A DNA stretch of 20,000 nucleotides. Source: an uncultured virus (IMG/VR IMGVR_UViG_3300032562_000006). Lineage: Duplodnaviria > Heunggongvirae > Uroviricota > Caudoviricetes. This document shows, piece after piece, positions 1 through 8,112 of this stretch. The DNA lies in the IMG/VR virus record IMGVR_UViG_3300032562_000006. One strand, written 5' to 3'. The notes below the pieces were generated by a model. That model worked only from the letters and a program-made list of their open reading frames with translations. It ran no database searches and had not been told where the DNA came from. Positions within the stretch are counted from its first letter, which is position 1, and each line of letters begins with the position of its first letter. The position numbers were made by a program, and so were the translations under genes.

Positions 1-117
1 CTTGAGCGCAGCGGTAACCGCACGGCCGACTTGATCGACCGTGTACTGCGGCTGGCGAAGCAGGAACGCGGTCAATTCACCTGAATGCTCAAACTTCTTA
101 TCAGTCGACTGGTTCAT
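1..117 (-). CDS. Small hypothetical protein, truncated by window edge (MNQSTDKKFEHSGELTAFLLRQPQYT...)
   Basis: Manual translation; AAGGA RBS; paralogous to 129..302. Confidence 0.75.
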   Translation of the reverse strand, partial: MNQSTDKKFEHSGELTAFLLRQPQYTVDQVGRAVTAALK

Positions 118-128
118 GAGGTGCGTCC

Positions 129-302
129 TTACAGGAACTGGACGGTGAACGTGCCGTCCTTGCCGGTGATGCGGAGGAACGGGTCTTCCCAGCGGTCCTC
201 CATCAGGACGGTGGTGATGATGTTGCCGATGTCAGCGGGAGTGTACTGCGGCTGCCTTTCCAGGAACTTGGCCAGCTTCGGTGCGCCGGTGATGGTCTTC
301 AT
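129..302 (-). CDS. 57-aa hypothetical protein (MKTITGAPKLAKFLERQPQYTPAD...)
   Basis: Manual translation; TAATG coupling to upstream gene; GC3-rich codons; paralogues nearby. Confidence 0.8.
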   Translation of the reverse strand: MKTITGAPKLAKFLERQPQYTPADIGNIITTVLMEDRWEDPFLRITGKDGTFTVQFL

Positions 303-670
303 TACCCGGCCTGCGGAAGCGTCCGGTTGTACGAGTCATCCCCGACGCTGACGTGCGCCGGGTCGCCGCCGTGGACAGACGTGTCCGGGTGGCTGACGGT
401 CCCGGTGGCCGGGTCGTAGCTGTCGCCCTTGACAGCTTCGTCGTAGACCTTCTCGGACACGTACATGACGGACTTGCCGCCGGTCGTGGTGACGGTGAGG
501 CAGTAGTCTCGTGACTGCTCCGCAGTCACGTTGCAGCGTGCCTTGCTGAGAACCGTCGGCTGCACGACCGGAATGACCGTGCTGCTGCTGCTCGAAGCGG
601 AACTGCACGCCGCGAATGCGGGGAGTGCGAGCGCTCCGGCGACGAGCAGCACTGCTGGTGCGTACTTCAT
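302..670 (-). CDS. Putative lipoprotein
   Basis: MKYAPAVLLVAGALALPAFAAC signal with lipobox-like Cys, Ser-rich linker; CAAGGGAAGGA RBS upstream of ATG 670. Confidence 0.7.
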   Translation of the reverse strand: MKYAPAVLLVAGALALPAFAACSSASSSSSTVIPVVQPTVLSKARCNVTAEQSRDYCLTVTTTGGKSVMYVSEKVYDEAVKGDSYDPATGTVSHPDTSVHGGDPAHVSVGDDSYNRTLPQAG

Positions 671-739
671 GCTCTTAGTTTCCTTCCCTTGTCCGCCAGG
701 CGGCGGGAGCGGCACACGGGCGAGGCCCGTGTGCCACTC

Positions 740-925
740 TCACGGTCTGGTGTACTTGACGATGAACTCTCCTGAAGCGGGGCGGGAGATCCGGATCCCG
801 TGCTCCTCGCACCGGCCGTTCATCTGCGCGGTGAGGATCATGCGGGTGGCATCTGCCGCGTTGATGTGCCGGGACTCCAGGAACTCGTGCAGCATGACGA
901 TGTCCGTGAACTTGCGCTCTGGCAT
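740..925 (-). CDS. 61-aa hypothetical protein, distant paralogue of 129..302
   Basis: GAGAGG RBS before ATG 925; aligns by eye with 129..302. Confidence 0.75.
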   Translation of the reverse strand: MPERKFTDIVMLHEFLESRHINAADATRMILTAQMNGRCEEHGIRISRPASGEFIVKYTRP

Positions 926-991
926 GTTACCTCTCTTATTCTTGCGGAGCACTTCACTCTCAGAGGGCCTTCATCGGCTACGCCGGGATCA

Positions 992-1171
992 TCACCAGTT
1001 CCCTACTATCTTGCGGCAGTGACGGCACAGGAGGGGGCACCGGCCCCCGTCGAACTTCCGCACCTGGTTTTGCGGGCGGCAGTGACGGCCGAGCCGACAG
1101 AGCGCGTTCCTCGGGAACCAGCTCCAGTCGAACCCCTGGTTAAGCAGCCACCTGCGAATACGTGATCTCAC
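992..1171 (-). CDS. 59-aa Cys/His-rich protein (ALCRLGRHC...CPLLCRHC), putative Zn-binding
   Basis: Manual translation from GTG 1171 with AAGGAGG RBS. Confidence 0.7.
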   Translation of the reverse strand: MRSRIRRWLLNQGFDWSWFPRNALCRLGRHCRPQNQVRKFDGGRCPLLCRHCRKIVGNW

Positions 1172-1195
1172 TTGCTGCCTCCTTCCGGCGGCTTG

Positions 1196-1417
1196 TTACT
1201 GACGCTCCTTCCTGATGCGGATTGTCATGTTCGCGCAGGCGAACTCGTCGGCTGCGGCCACGTAGATGATACCCGTGACGCGCGGGCGGTTCGCGTTCAC
1301 TTGCGACTGGGGAAACCAGCTGGTCTCCCGGAAGGCGGTGCGGTAAACAGCTCCGTCGCGCCAGGCGGTCACATCGTAAGCCGACATGTACACCTCGTAG
1401 ACGGTGATATCAGGCAT
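1196..1417 (-). CDS. Hypothetical protein (start 1417 or 1429)
   Basis: ORF track; ATG overlapping the end of the upstream gene. Confidence 0.65.
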   Translation of the reverse strand: MPDITVYEVYMSAYDVTAWRDGAVYRTAFRETSWFPQSQVNANRPRVTGIIYVAAADEFACANMTIRIRKERQ

Positions 1418-1601
1418 ATACGAGTCCATCGATCCATATCTCGTCCGGTCCCAGGATCCAGTAGTGTCCCCGGTTAAAGCAGATACAGCGAGCAACCAGG
1501 ACCGTGAGCAGGCCGCCTTCCGGCGTGGAGACCGCCTCCGCCGTCTCCGCGCGCGGCCTGCAAAAGACCTTCCACCGGGACGGACGGTACGCGTCATCCA
1601 C
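1410..1601 (-). CDS. 63-aa hypothetical protein
   Basis: ORF track; 8-nt overlaps with both neighbours. Confidence 0.6.
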   Translation of the reverse strand: MDDAYRPSRWKVFCRPRAETAEAVSTPEGGLLTVLVARCICFNRGHYWILGPDEIWIDGLVYA

Positions 1602-1722
1602 GCCGCATCAGCTCAGCGATGATGATCAGCTGGTCCTCATCGGATAGGTCCGGCTCAAGCAGCAGCTCGCGCAGCTCCAGGACGGACAGTTCCCGCGCGA
1701 CGGCGCGGGCTGGCGCAAGCAT
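1594..1722 (-). CDS. 42-aa helical hypothetical protein (MLAPARAVARELSVLELRELLLEPDLSDEDQLIIIAELMRRG)
   Basis: Manual translation; TGATG coupling. Confidence 0.65.
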   Translation of the reverse strand: MLAPARAVARELSVLELRELLLEPDLSDEDQLIIIAELMRRG

Positions 1723-1928
1723 CAGCAACTGCGCATGACGCAGAACTGTGACTGCATCTGCTGCGCGGGCACCGGCGCCTGCACGATCACCGCCGCCTCG
1801 TGAATCATGCCGAGCAGCACCATCGCGAACAATGCGGTGCCGAGCACGAAGCAGGCTGCGATAATGACGAGCGAACCGGAAGCTCGCTGCCGCTGCCGCT
1901 GCCGCTGGCGGAGCTGGTACAGTGTTAT
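1722..1928 (-). CDS. Single-pass membrane protein, possible non-canonical ATA start
   Basis: Basic RQ repeat then a hydrophobic segment; strong RBS placed for in-frame ATA at 1928. Confidence 0.55.
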   Translation of the reverse strand: MTLYQLRQRQRQRQRASGSLVIIAACFVLGTALFAMVLLGMIHEAAVIVQAPVPAQQMQSQFCVMRSC

Positions 1929-2018
1929 GATGTTCCTTCCTTCCTGCACAGGATGACGATCACCCTGAGCCGAACCCGTCCCGCCAGGGACGGGTTCGAC
2001 TCGCTATGATCGTAGCGG

Positions 2019-2405
2019 CTAGAACGCCTCGCGCACCCGGTCCGCGAAAGCGGCGAGCGCGGCGGCGAGATTGATGCGGTAGCGGGACCGAGATGCACGC
2101 CAGCCGTTGATCGCGCCTGGATCGGGATAGACCGTCTGCACGGCGTACCGGTCAGTGAAATCGGGCATCTGCCGGATGATGACGTACCGGTCAGGCGCGT
2201 ACCCGTCCGCATCCGGCAGCCGCGCTGCGGCGATAAGCGGATAGTGCTGCCCGTCACTGAACTCCAGGACGAGCCCGTCAAGCGGCAGGACTTGCACTGA
2301 AGCGGATACGGTCACCCGGTCCGGATTGGCGAGCTGCTGACTGACGGGACGGAGCAGCTGCTCGATGACGGCTAGCTCATCGGATTCCTGTTCCTGCTGT
2401 GACAT
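2019..2405 (-). CDS. 128-aa hypothetical protein
   Basis: ORF track; CAAGGAAGGAAGG RBS. Confidence 0.8.
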   Translation of the reverse strand: MSQQEQESDELAVIEQLLRPVSQQLANPDRVTVSASVQVLPLDGLVLEFSDGQHYPLIAAARLPDADGYAPDRYVIIRQMPDFTDRYAVQTVYPDPGAINGWRASRSRYRINLAAALAAFADRVREAF

Positions 2406-2440
2406 TGTGTCTTGTGCCTTCCTTCCTTGTTATATGCCTG

Positions 2441-2653
2441 CTACTTCAGAGGCGGGATCGCGTACAGCGCGAATCCGCCTCTAGGAGCGGGCCACTGCAC
2501 TATCTCGCTGATGAGGTAGCCTTTCAGCTTCTTGTTCCTCTTCAGCGCGTCAGCAAGCGGCAGAATCATGTCTGCCGCTTCGCCGTAGCGCCTGAACCAC
2601 TGGAGGAACACCCAGTCCGCTGGCATGTCCGCTAGCTGCAGGACACCTCGCAT
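2441..2653 (-). CDS. 70-aa hypothetical protein
   Basis: ORF track; TGATG coupling. Confidence 0.7.
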   Translation of the reverse strand: MRGVLQLADMPADWVFLQWFRRYGEAADMILPLADALKRNKKLKGYLISEIVQWPAPRGGFALYAIPPLK

Positions 2654-2865
2654 CAGGACACATGCCCGATGATCGCGATCTTCTCATCCGGCTGGTACAG
2701 ATGCTCCTGCCTGTCTGGATAAGTGATCCACAGCCTGCCGGAATCACGGCGGATTTTCACCGCCGTGTGATGCTCACGCGGAGTCCACTCGTTTTTCACG
2801 GTGAACACATCGCCCGGCCTGAGATCCGCCGCAGTATCCGGGAAGCTGCTGAGGACGCCTCGCAT
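2653..2865 (-). CDS. 70-aa small beta-rich protein with ADLxxGD motif
   Basis: TAATG coupling; paralogous to 2865..3077. Confidence 0.8.
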   Translation of the reverse strand: MRGVLSSFPDTAADLRPGDVFTVKNEWTPREHHTAVKIRRDSGRLWITYPDRQEHLYQPDEKIAIIGHVS

Positions 2866-3077
2866 TAGCGCGCCCGCCGGGTGATGCGGATCTGATCGTC
2901 ACTGCCGTAGAACCGCGCACCCGGCTGCTCGGACTTGGTGATCCAGAAACCCCCTGCGCCTGTGTCAGCACGGATCCGGCGGACAGTTCCCTCACCATAG
3001 TACTGCGTGGCGCGGTCGATGAACGTGTCACCGACGTGCAGGTCAGCCGGGGTGTCCGGCCAGCTGGAATCAGGCAT
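2865..3077 (-). CDS. 70-aa small beta-rich protein with ADLxxGD motif
   Basis: AAAGGAGG RBS; paralogous to 2653..2865. Confidence 0.8.
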   Translation of the reverse strand: MPDSSWPDTPADLHVGDTFIDRATQYYGEGTVRRIRADTGAGGFWITKSEQPGARFYGSDDQIRITRRAR

Positions 3078-3189
3078 GCGATGCCTCCTTTCTGTAAACA
3101 GCCCGGACGGGCTCCGCCCGCTCCCTCCAGGGGAGGGAACGGACGGGGAGTGTCAGGACTCGCTGCCTGCGGGCGCTGCCCGCATGTAC

Positions 3190-3198
3190 AGTATACCA
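3190..3198 (-). promoter_or_regulatory. Candidate extended -10 promoter TGnTATACT
   Basis: TGGTATACT in an intergenic gap, oriented with the genes. Confidence 0.4.
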
Positions 3199-3234
3199 GC
3201 TCGCGCACCTGGCGAGCTGGCACACTGCGGGTCA

Positions 3235-3420
3235 CTACAGTCCGGCGCTGCGAGTTTCCCGCTCAGTGTGAGCGGTCAGGCAGTCGGCATGCATCGGGCC
3301 GGACAGGCCCGGGAGACTGACCTGGATGCGCGGCTCGCCGGGGAGAATCTGAAGCTTGCAGTGCGGTGCGACGCAGAACAGCTCGGTGTCAGGTGCGGGT
3401 GCGGGTGCGGGGTCTGTCAT
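3235..3420 (-). CDS. 61-aa putative Zn-finger protein (CxxxxC...HxxC)
   Basis: AAAGGAG RBS, ATGA overlap. Confidence 0.75.
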   Translation of the reverse strand: MTDPAPAPAPDTELFCVAPHCKLQILPGEPRIQVSLPGLSGPMHADCLTAHTERETRSAGL

Positions 3421-3701
3421 GTGGTCTCCTTTGACGTGGAAGCCCCGCGCGGAGCGGGGGGCTTTACGTTATCCCGTGCCCGATACACGACGTTGAACCG
3501 GCGCTCCGCAGGAGCCTGGAGAGGATACCGGTGATGTGACGGGGCGCCGGTCGCGGTGGACAGGTGCTTTACGAGCGCGATCAGCAGCCCGGGTTCCCGG
3601 GCTGAGGAGTACGGCTCGCAGTCCACCTGGGCGTCCGGGACGCCCGGGGTACGGAAACGGATGATATCACCTCGCTTGAGATGCTGCATTTCCACGTGCA
3701 T
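3417..3701 (-). CDS. 94-aa hypothetical protein, LxxGDIIR motif
   Basis: Conserved RBS; similar to N-terminus of 4276..4836. Confidence 0.8.
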   Translation of the reverse strand: MHVEMQHLKRGDIIRFRTPGVPDAQVDCEPYSSAREPGLLIALVKHLSTATGAPSHHRYPLQAPAERRFNVVYRARDNVKPPAPRGASTSKETT

Positions 3702-3765
3702 GTCCTTCCTTCCTTGCCTCCGGCTGGAGGCACCCACCCGCCTCCGGAGCGGAGACGGGTGAGTG

Positions 3766-4179
3766 TCACGAGCCGGAGCCGGAGTCCGCTTCCTGCCTCC
3801 GGGGAGTTACATGATAGCCGCCGCAGACGCACTCATACATGTACAGCGGGACTGATCCTTGCGAGCGGTCGACTGACGCTTCTGCGCGCTCGGGCGTGCT
3901 GAAGGACTTCCTCTGCAATCGCATGCAGCGCAGAAGCGCCTCTTCCCACTGCTTTGACCCGCGTGCGTAGCGCGGCATACTCAGCTCCTGGAGAGTGACG
4001 GTGACGGTGACGGGACGCGAGACCGGCTCCTGCTGCAGAACAGGATCCGGTGCTAGCGGCGCGCACTCATCACACAGCTGTCCTAGATGAATCGGGAAGT
4101 TCCTGAGCTGCGGGGTTTCAGTATCCCCGCAGATTCCGCATTCGGCTACTGCTACTGCTACTGCTACTGCTACGTTCAT
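3766..4179 (-). CDS. Two-module Cys-rich protein (CGIC...CDEC plus YECxCGxYH); possible internal start at 3978
   Basis: RBS before ATG 4179; second AGGAG RBS before ATG 3978. Confidence 0.65.
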   Translation of the reverse strand: MNVAVAVAVAVAECGICGDTETPQLRNFPIHLGQLCDECAPLAPDPVLQQEPVSRPVTVTVTLQELSMPRYARGSKQWEEALLRCMRLQRKSFSTPERAEASVDRSQGSVPLYMYECVCGGYHVTPRRQEADSGSGS

Positions 4180-4275
4180 CTGCCTTCTTCCCTCTCCGCT
4201 CATGCGGAGGGAGCCGTCTCCAGTCGCGCAGTGCGCGAGACTGGAGATGACTCTCACTGCATGTGCGCGCGAGCG

Positions 4276-4836
4276 CTACTCGCCGGAAATATCGCAGCCG
4301 GGGTCCTCATCTTCATCTTCATCGGCTTGCGCGAGCGCATACCGCTCATCCAGCTCCATGCGCACGTCGTGGGTGCGCTCGGGGGAGGCGTAGCGGATGC
4401 TCACTTCGATGACGCGCCCCTCTATAAGAGCGTACCAGCCAGTAACATCCGGGCCGAGAACGTACTCCTGACCGGAGGAGCCGCGCATGAGATCGCAGGG
4501 CTCCCACGCGCCGTCACCGCCATGATCTGCGTGACTGGCCAGCTGTTCAGCTGCGAGTGCGAGGATGTCCAGCTCAGGCTGGCTGAGCGGGGGCGGCTCC
4601 GGCACGTCGTACATGCGCGGACGATACACGATCGGGAACTGAGTGTCCGCCGGTGCTTCGTGCACCTCCGCTACCTCAGCGGACGAGGCAAACAGCACCC
4701 GGTACCAGAAGCGCAGGTTCCCCTCCGACGCGCCGCGTGCGGCGGACGGCGGGATGTGCACCTGCCAGTCTACTGGCTCATGTGGCATGCGGATGATATC
4801 CCCGATCTGCAGATCCGGCATTGCGATTTCTTCCAT
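4276..4836 (-). CDS. 186-aa hypothetical protein, N-terminal DLxxGDIIR module, acidic tail
   Basis: Conserved RBS before ATG 4836. Confidence 0.8.
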   Translation of the reverse strand: MEEIAMPDLQIGDIIRMPHEPVDWQVHIPPSAARGASEGNLRFWYRVLFASSAEVAEVHEAPADTQFPIVYRPRMYDVPEPPPLSQPELDILALAAEQLASHADHGGDGAWEPCDLMRGSSGQEYVLGPDVTGWYALIEGRVIEVSIRYASPERTHDVRMELDERYALAQADEDEDEDPGCDISGE

Positions 4837-4920
4837 GCTTGCCTTCCTTCCTTGACGTGCGCTGTCTGAGCACGCTGAGCCGCGCACTCGGCGTGGAGTG
4901 CGCGACCCGGCGGGCTCGGG

Positions 4921-5250
4921 CTAGAGGAGATTCCGCAGGATGATGTCCGCCACGTTGCCGTTGTTGCGGTCCATCGAGTACTCGATGGCGGTGTCGTCGG
5001 GATCCATCTGCGCGATTGCGGCCAGCTGGGCGAGACTGTACGTGATGATCTTGTCGCCGTTAGTCAGGTCCGCGACGTGCGGTGACGGTACGGTTCCGAG
5101 AGAGCCGATCGTGAACGGAGCGTCCTCGTACTCACCCAGCTTATGATTCAGCCAGCTGGTGAAAGCGTCGACGTCTTCGGTGTGCAGCTCCAGTCCTTCC
5201 AGCGGGAGGATGCTGAACGAGAATGTCCTGGCTGCACTTGCGTCTGTCAT
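4921..5250 (-). CDS. 109-aa acidic hypothetical protein
   Basis: ORF track; GAGGAAGGAAAG RBS. Confidence 0.8.
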   Translation of the reverse strand: MTDASAARTFSFSILPLEGLELHTEDVDAFTSWLNHKLGEYEDAPFTIGSLGTVPSPHVADLTNGDKIITYSLAQLAAIAQMDPDDTAIEYSMDRNNGNVADIILRNLL

Positions 5251-5334
5251 GTCTTTCCTTCCTCGGTGATGCGGTTCGGATGAACCCCCCGGCTCACCCC
5301 CCGTGAGGGGGGTGAACCAGGGCGAGCAGCCGGG

Positions 5335-5601
5335 CTATTCGCGACTCGACGCGGCGTCCTGCATCAGCGACTCCGGGTCAAACGGAGGACTGAGTCGCTG
5401 GATGTGGTAGAGCGCGCCGTGCAGCAGGCTCCATCCGAGGCTGGCTGCCTCCTGACAGGAGTCAGCCCAGGCGAGCGCATCCTCCTGTGAATCGAAGCTT
5501 CCGTACACATCGGGTCCGCGCTCCGGATCCTGTGGCCAGGTGATGACTGCGACGTACGGAAGCGGGGTTGTGATCTCCGCATCCTCGCCATCTGAATCCA
5601 T
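5335..5601 (-). CDS. 88-aa acidic hypothetical protein (YGSFDSQEDA motif)
   Basis: Conserved RBS before ATG 5601. Confidence 0.8.
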   Translation of the reverse strand: MDSDGEDAEITTPLPYVAVITWPQDPERGPDVYGSFDSQEDALAWADSCQEAASLGWSLLHGALYHIQRLSPPFDPESLMQDAASSRE

Positions 5602-5664
5602 GTGATGCTTCCTTCCTTGAAACTTCAAGTACCTGATCCGGCTGGACCGGGCCGCTCTCGCACG

Positions 5665-5680
5665 TCGAACTGACGTTCGA
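5665..5680. promoter_or_regulatory. LexA/SOS-box match TCGAAC-TGAC-GTTCGA
   Basis: Exact match to actinobacterial TCGAAC-N4-GTTCGA. Confidence 0.45.
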
Positions 5681-5753
5681 GAGCGACCCCGCTCATCCGG
5701 AGTGACCGGTGAGAAGCACCGGCGGTGTCAGGAGTCGGCTGCGACGGCTGGCA

Positions 5754-6059
5754 CTAGCTGTCGTCCTCTCCGACGAGAAGACGGCGTAGCTTGGCGCCAA
5801 TCATCTCGTGAATCACCTTCGGATTGATATCCAGGAGTCTAGCCACTAGGCGCTCAGCCTCCTGCAGAGAGGGTTCTGGCACTGAGTACACTACATCTTG
5901 CTTTTGCTTAGTAAAATGCCAGTAACCGCATTCACATTCGTATATGTACCTGGTGATGTTTCTATCGCGTAGAAGCCTCAGAGCAGCTCCAGCTGCCTTG
6001 TCTCCGGTCTTGAATTTTCTCTTCTCAGGTTTCGGGCATTCCCGTCTTTTCGGTGACAT
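5754..6059 (-). CDS. 101-aa basic protein with C...KF.T...A...YECECGYWHFT motif (common phage Zn-binding type)
   Basis: ORF track; motif shared with 3766..3978. Confidence 0.8.
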   Translation of the reverse strand: MSPKRRECPKPEKRKFKTGDKAAGAALRLLRDRNITRYIYECECGYWHFTKQKQDVVYSVPEPSLQEAERLVARLLDINPKVIHEMIGAKLRRLLVGEDDS

Positions 6060-6062
6060 ATG

Positions 6063-6557
6063 CTACTCGCCAGTAACATCTGGCGAACGCGAATCATCCA
6101 TCTCGATTGACACCCTGAATGATGGTCCCGTTGACCCGGGAGGCGTATGAATCACGAAGCCGGTGATGAGCGGGTCACCTTGCACCGCATCGGCGGTGTT
6201 CACGCAATCCACTCGCCAGCCGTCCGAGTCCGGTACCTCTGGGATGATAAGCCTCTCCATCAGATAGTGAGTGATTCGCCACTGGAGCTGCTGTTCCGGC
6301 GGCAGCGCCCAGAATTCAGGCGTGTACTCTAGATCTGGATCATCTTCCTGATGATCGGAATCCCATATAACATGAGATGTAACTCCGGACGCGGATACCT
6401 CGATTGACAGTATCCGGGCACCGGCGTGGATAACGAAAATCCTGCGCCTGGCCGCAGCCTCCGGATCACGCTGCATCGCAAGAGCCTTGCGCGCCGCATC
6501 CTCCGGTGAAGACGCCTGGACATTCGCACTCCAGGTGACGTGATACTCGCTTTCCAT
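6063..6557 (-). CDS. 164-aa hypothetical protein, probably two domains
   Basis: ORF track; GAGGAAGGGAAG RBS. Confidence 0.8.
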   Translation of the reverse strand: MESEYHVTWSANVQASSPEDAARKALAMQRDPEAAARRRIFVIHAGARILSIEVSASGVTSHVIWDSDHQEDDPDLEYTPEFWALPPEQQLQWRITHYLMERLIIPEVPDSDGWRVDCVNTADAVQGDPLITGFVIHTPPGSTGPSFRVSIEMDDSRSPDVTGE

Positions 6558-6668
6558 GTCTTCCCTTCCTCAGGGGTGCCTGGCACTGGACCAGACGGTC
6601 CGAGCCGCTCCTGTCACGTGCGCGTGATGCGCGGGGCGTGACAGGAGTGACTCGCATCGGCGGGGCTG

Positions 6669-6920
6669 CTACTTGTGATGCGACAGCCAGGACCCTGAAT
6701 TCTCCCGAATGAGATGAGCACGTTCGGCAGGAGACAGGAGCGCCCAGTCGTCCTCCTCGGTGTCTTCGTCGACGTCGCAGATGCCGGACTCGTGCTCGCA
6801 GAGGGCGTGCTTGTTTCCGGGACGGCTGGTGTCAAACGCGCCGGGAGCGTCGTACCACTGCGGCTCGCACGGATCGAGATCCGTATGACCGCAGCAGGGG
6901 TAGTCCTTGCAGCGCGCCAT
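6669..6920 (-). CDS. 83-aa Cys-rich protein (MARCKDYPCCGH)
   Basis: TGATG coupling at 6920. Confidence 0.75.
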   Translation of the reverse strand: MARCKDYPCCGHTDLDPCEPQWYDAPGAFDTSRPGNKHALCEHESGICDVDEDTEEDDWALLSPAERAHLIRENSGSWLSHHK

Positions 6921-7222
6921 CAGAGCGTCCTGTAGGGGCGGATAAACTCCTCGAATTCCATGGCGTGCATGCCGCACAGCGGCTGCTCATCCACGATGCG
7001 GACTGCCTGCGTCCCGCAGGACGGGTACAGGCAGATGACGGGACTGAGCTTCCAGGAACCGGACGGCTCGCCGTCATCCGTCGTGACCGGCGAACTGAGA
7101 GCATCCGGACCGGAGAACCGGGTGATCGCGACGCCGACGCTGGCGAGCAGATCCGGGAGAGCATCTCCGTCGTCCAGAAACTCCCTGGATACCGGAGACA
7201 GCTCGATGCTGAGCTTGTACAT
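6920..7222 (-). CDS. 100-aa hypothetical protein with C-terminal CxxxxC...CxxH
   Basis: Conserved RBS. Confidence 0.8.
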   Translation of the reverse strand: MYKLSIELSPVSREFLDDGDALPDLLASVGVAITRFSGPDALSSPVTTDDGEPSGSWKLSPVICLYPSCGTQAVRIVDEQPLCGMHAMEFEEFIRPYRTL

Positions 7223-7293
7223 GATGCTTCCTTCCTTGACCTCCTGACGGAGGCGGCCCGTCTCATCGGAGGGAGATGAGGCGCACCGTCACG

Positions 7294-7596
7294 TCAGGAA
7301 AGCGAGGTGAATGTCCGGATGTCGCTCCACCGAGCGCGACATGCTTCGTACTCTTCCGTGTACGTTGCGTTACCGGCGCGGATCCCGGTTTCCAGTTCCG
7401 TGATGTAGGACTGGCATGGCGGACCGGAATCAGTGTACGCGGCGATAGTGTAGCCGCCTTGCGTCCCATCCCCGCAGTCATCGCAGCCAGTCATGTAACC
7501 GTGCAGGCACGCAGCGTGAGCAGCCGGATCCGTGGCAGGATTGTCGCAGATCCCGCATGACATCTCACTTTCTGCCGTGTATGTGATAGCAGGCAT
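7294..7596 (-). CDS. Cys-rich hypothetical protein (CGIC, CDDC); start 7596 or 7563
   Basis: ORF track; CAGGAAGG RBS. Confidence 0.7.
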   Translation of the reverse strand: MPAITYTAESEMSCGICDNPATDPAAHAACLHGYMTGCDDCGDGTQGGYTIAAYTDSGPPCQSYITELETGIRAGNATYTEEYEACRARWSDIRTFTSLS

Positions 7597-7651
7597 AGCC
7601 TTCCTGGTGCGGACCGGACGGACCGGACGCATCCCGAGCGGGCGGTGACGC

Positions 7652-8041
7652 TCAGTCGAAGTGACCGGTGCTGAAACCCGGCTCAGGAACGAACCTGGGC
7701 GACGCTGGATGCCCGCAGGTGAGAATCGCGGTTTCGGCCCGGGGATCGGAGGGATGATTCACGTCCACCCGCACGACCTGAAGAAGACCGGGCGTGCAGT
7801 CGTGCCAGCAGTACCGGAACGGACCGCGACCCTCCGCCGCTCTGCGAGCACGCCAGCCCGCACACTGACCTTCATAGTACGCGCTGTGGCGGATCGCCGT
7901 CGGAGTCTCCTCGTCGTCGGCACGTATCTCCGCTCCGCCGATAAGCTTCCGCGCATTAGCAGGCGGAAGCCCGGTGAAGCCGAAGTCAAATCCGGCGTCA
8001 AACGCCTCCGGAGCGCGGAAGCGATCGATGAAACCTGACAT
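7652..8041 (-). CDS. 129-aa hypothetical protein (C...C...LTCGH C-terminus)
   Basis: Conserved RBS before ATG 8041. Confidence 0.8.
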   Translation of the reverse strand: MSGFIDRFRAPEAFDAGFDFGFTGLPPANARKLIGGAEIRADDEETPTAIRHSAYYEGQCAGWRARRAAEGRGPFRYCWHDCTPGLLQVVRVDVNHPSDPRAETAILTCGHPASPRFVPEPGFSTGHFD

Positions 8042-8112
8042 GTGCTTTCCTTCCTTGCTGCAGTCCGGATGGACCGCGCGGCTGCCGGACTGACGTCCGG
8101 CAGCCACGCCGC

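Noticed and set aside
3150..5737. Shared GTGTCAGGA(C/G)TCG at 3150 and 5725
   Set aside because: Only two copies of a short GC-rich word; may be chance
7600..7651. Additional copies of the two-hairpin element here and at ~11135-11160
   Set aside because: Only degenerate P2-like remnants; P1 not convincing, so not counted
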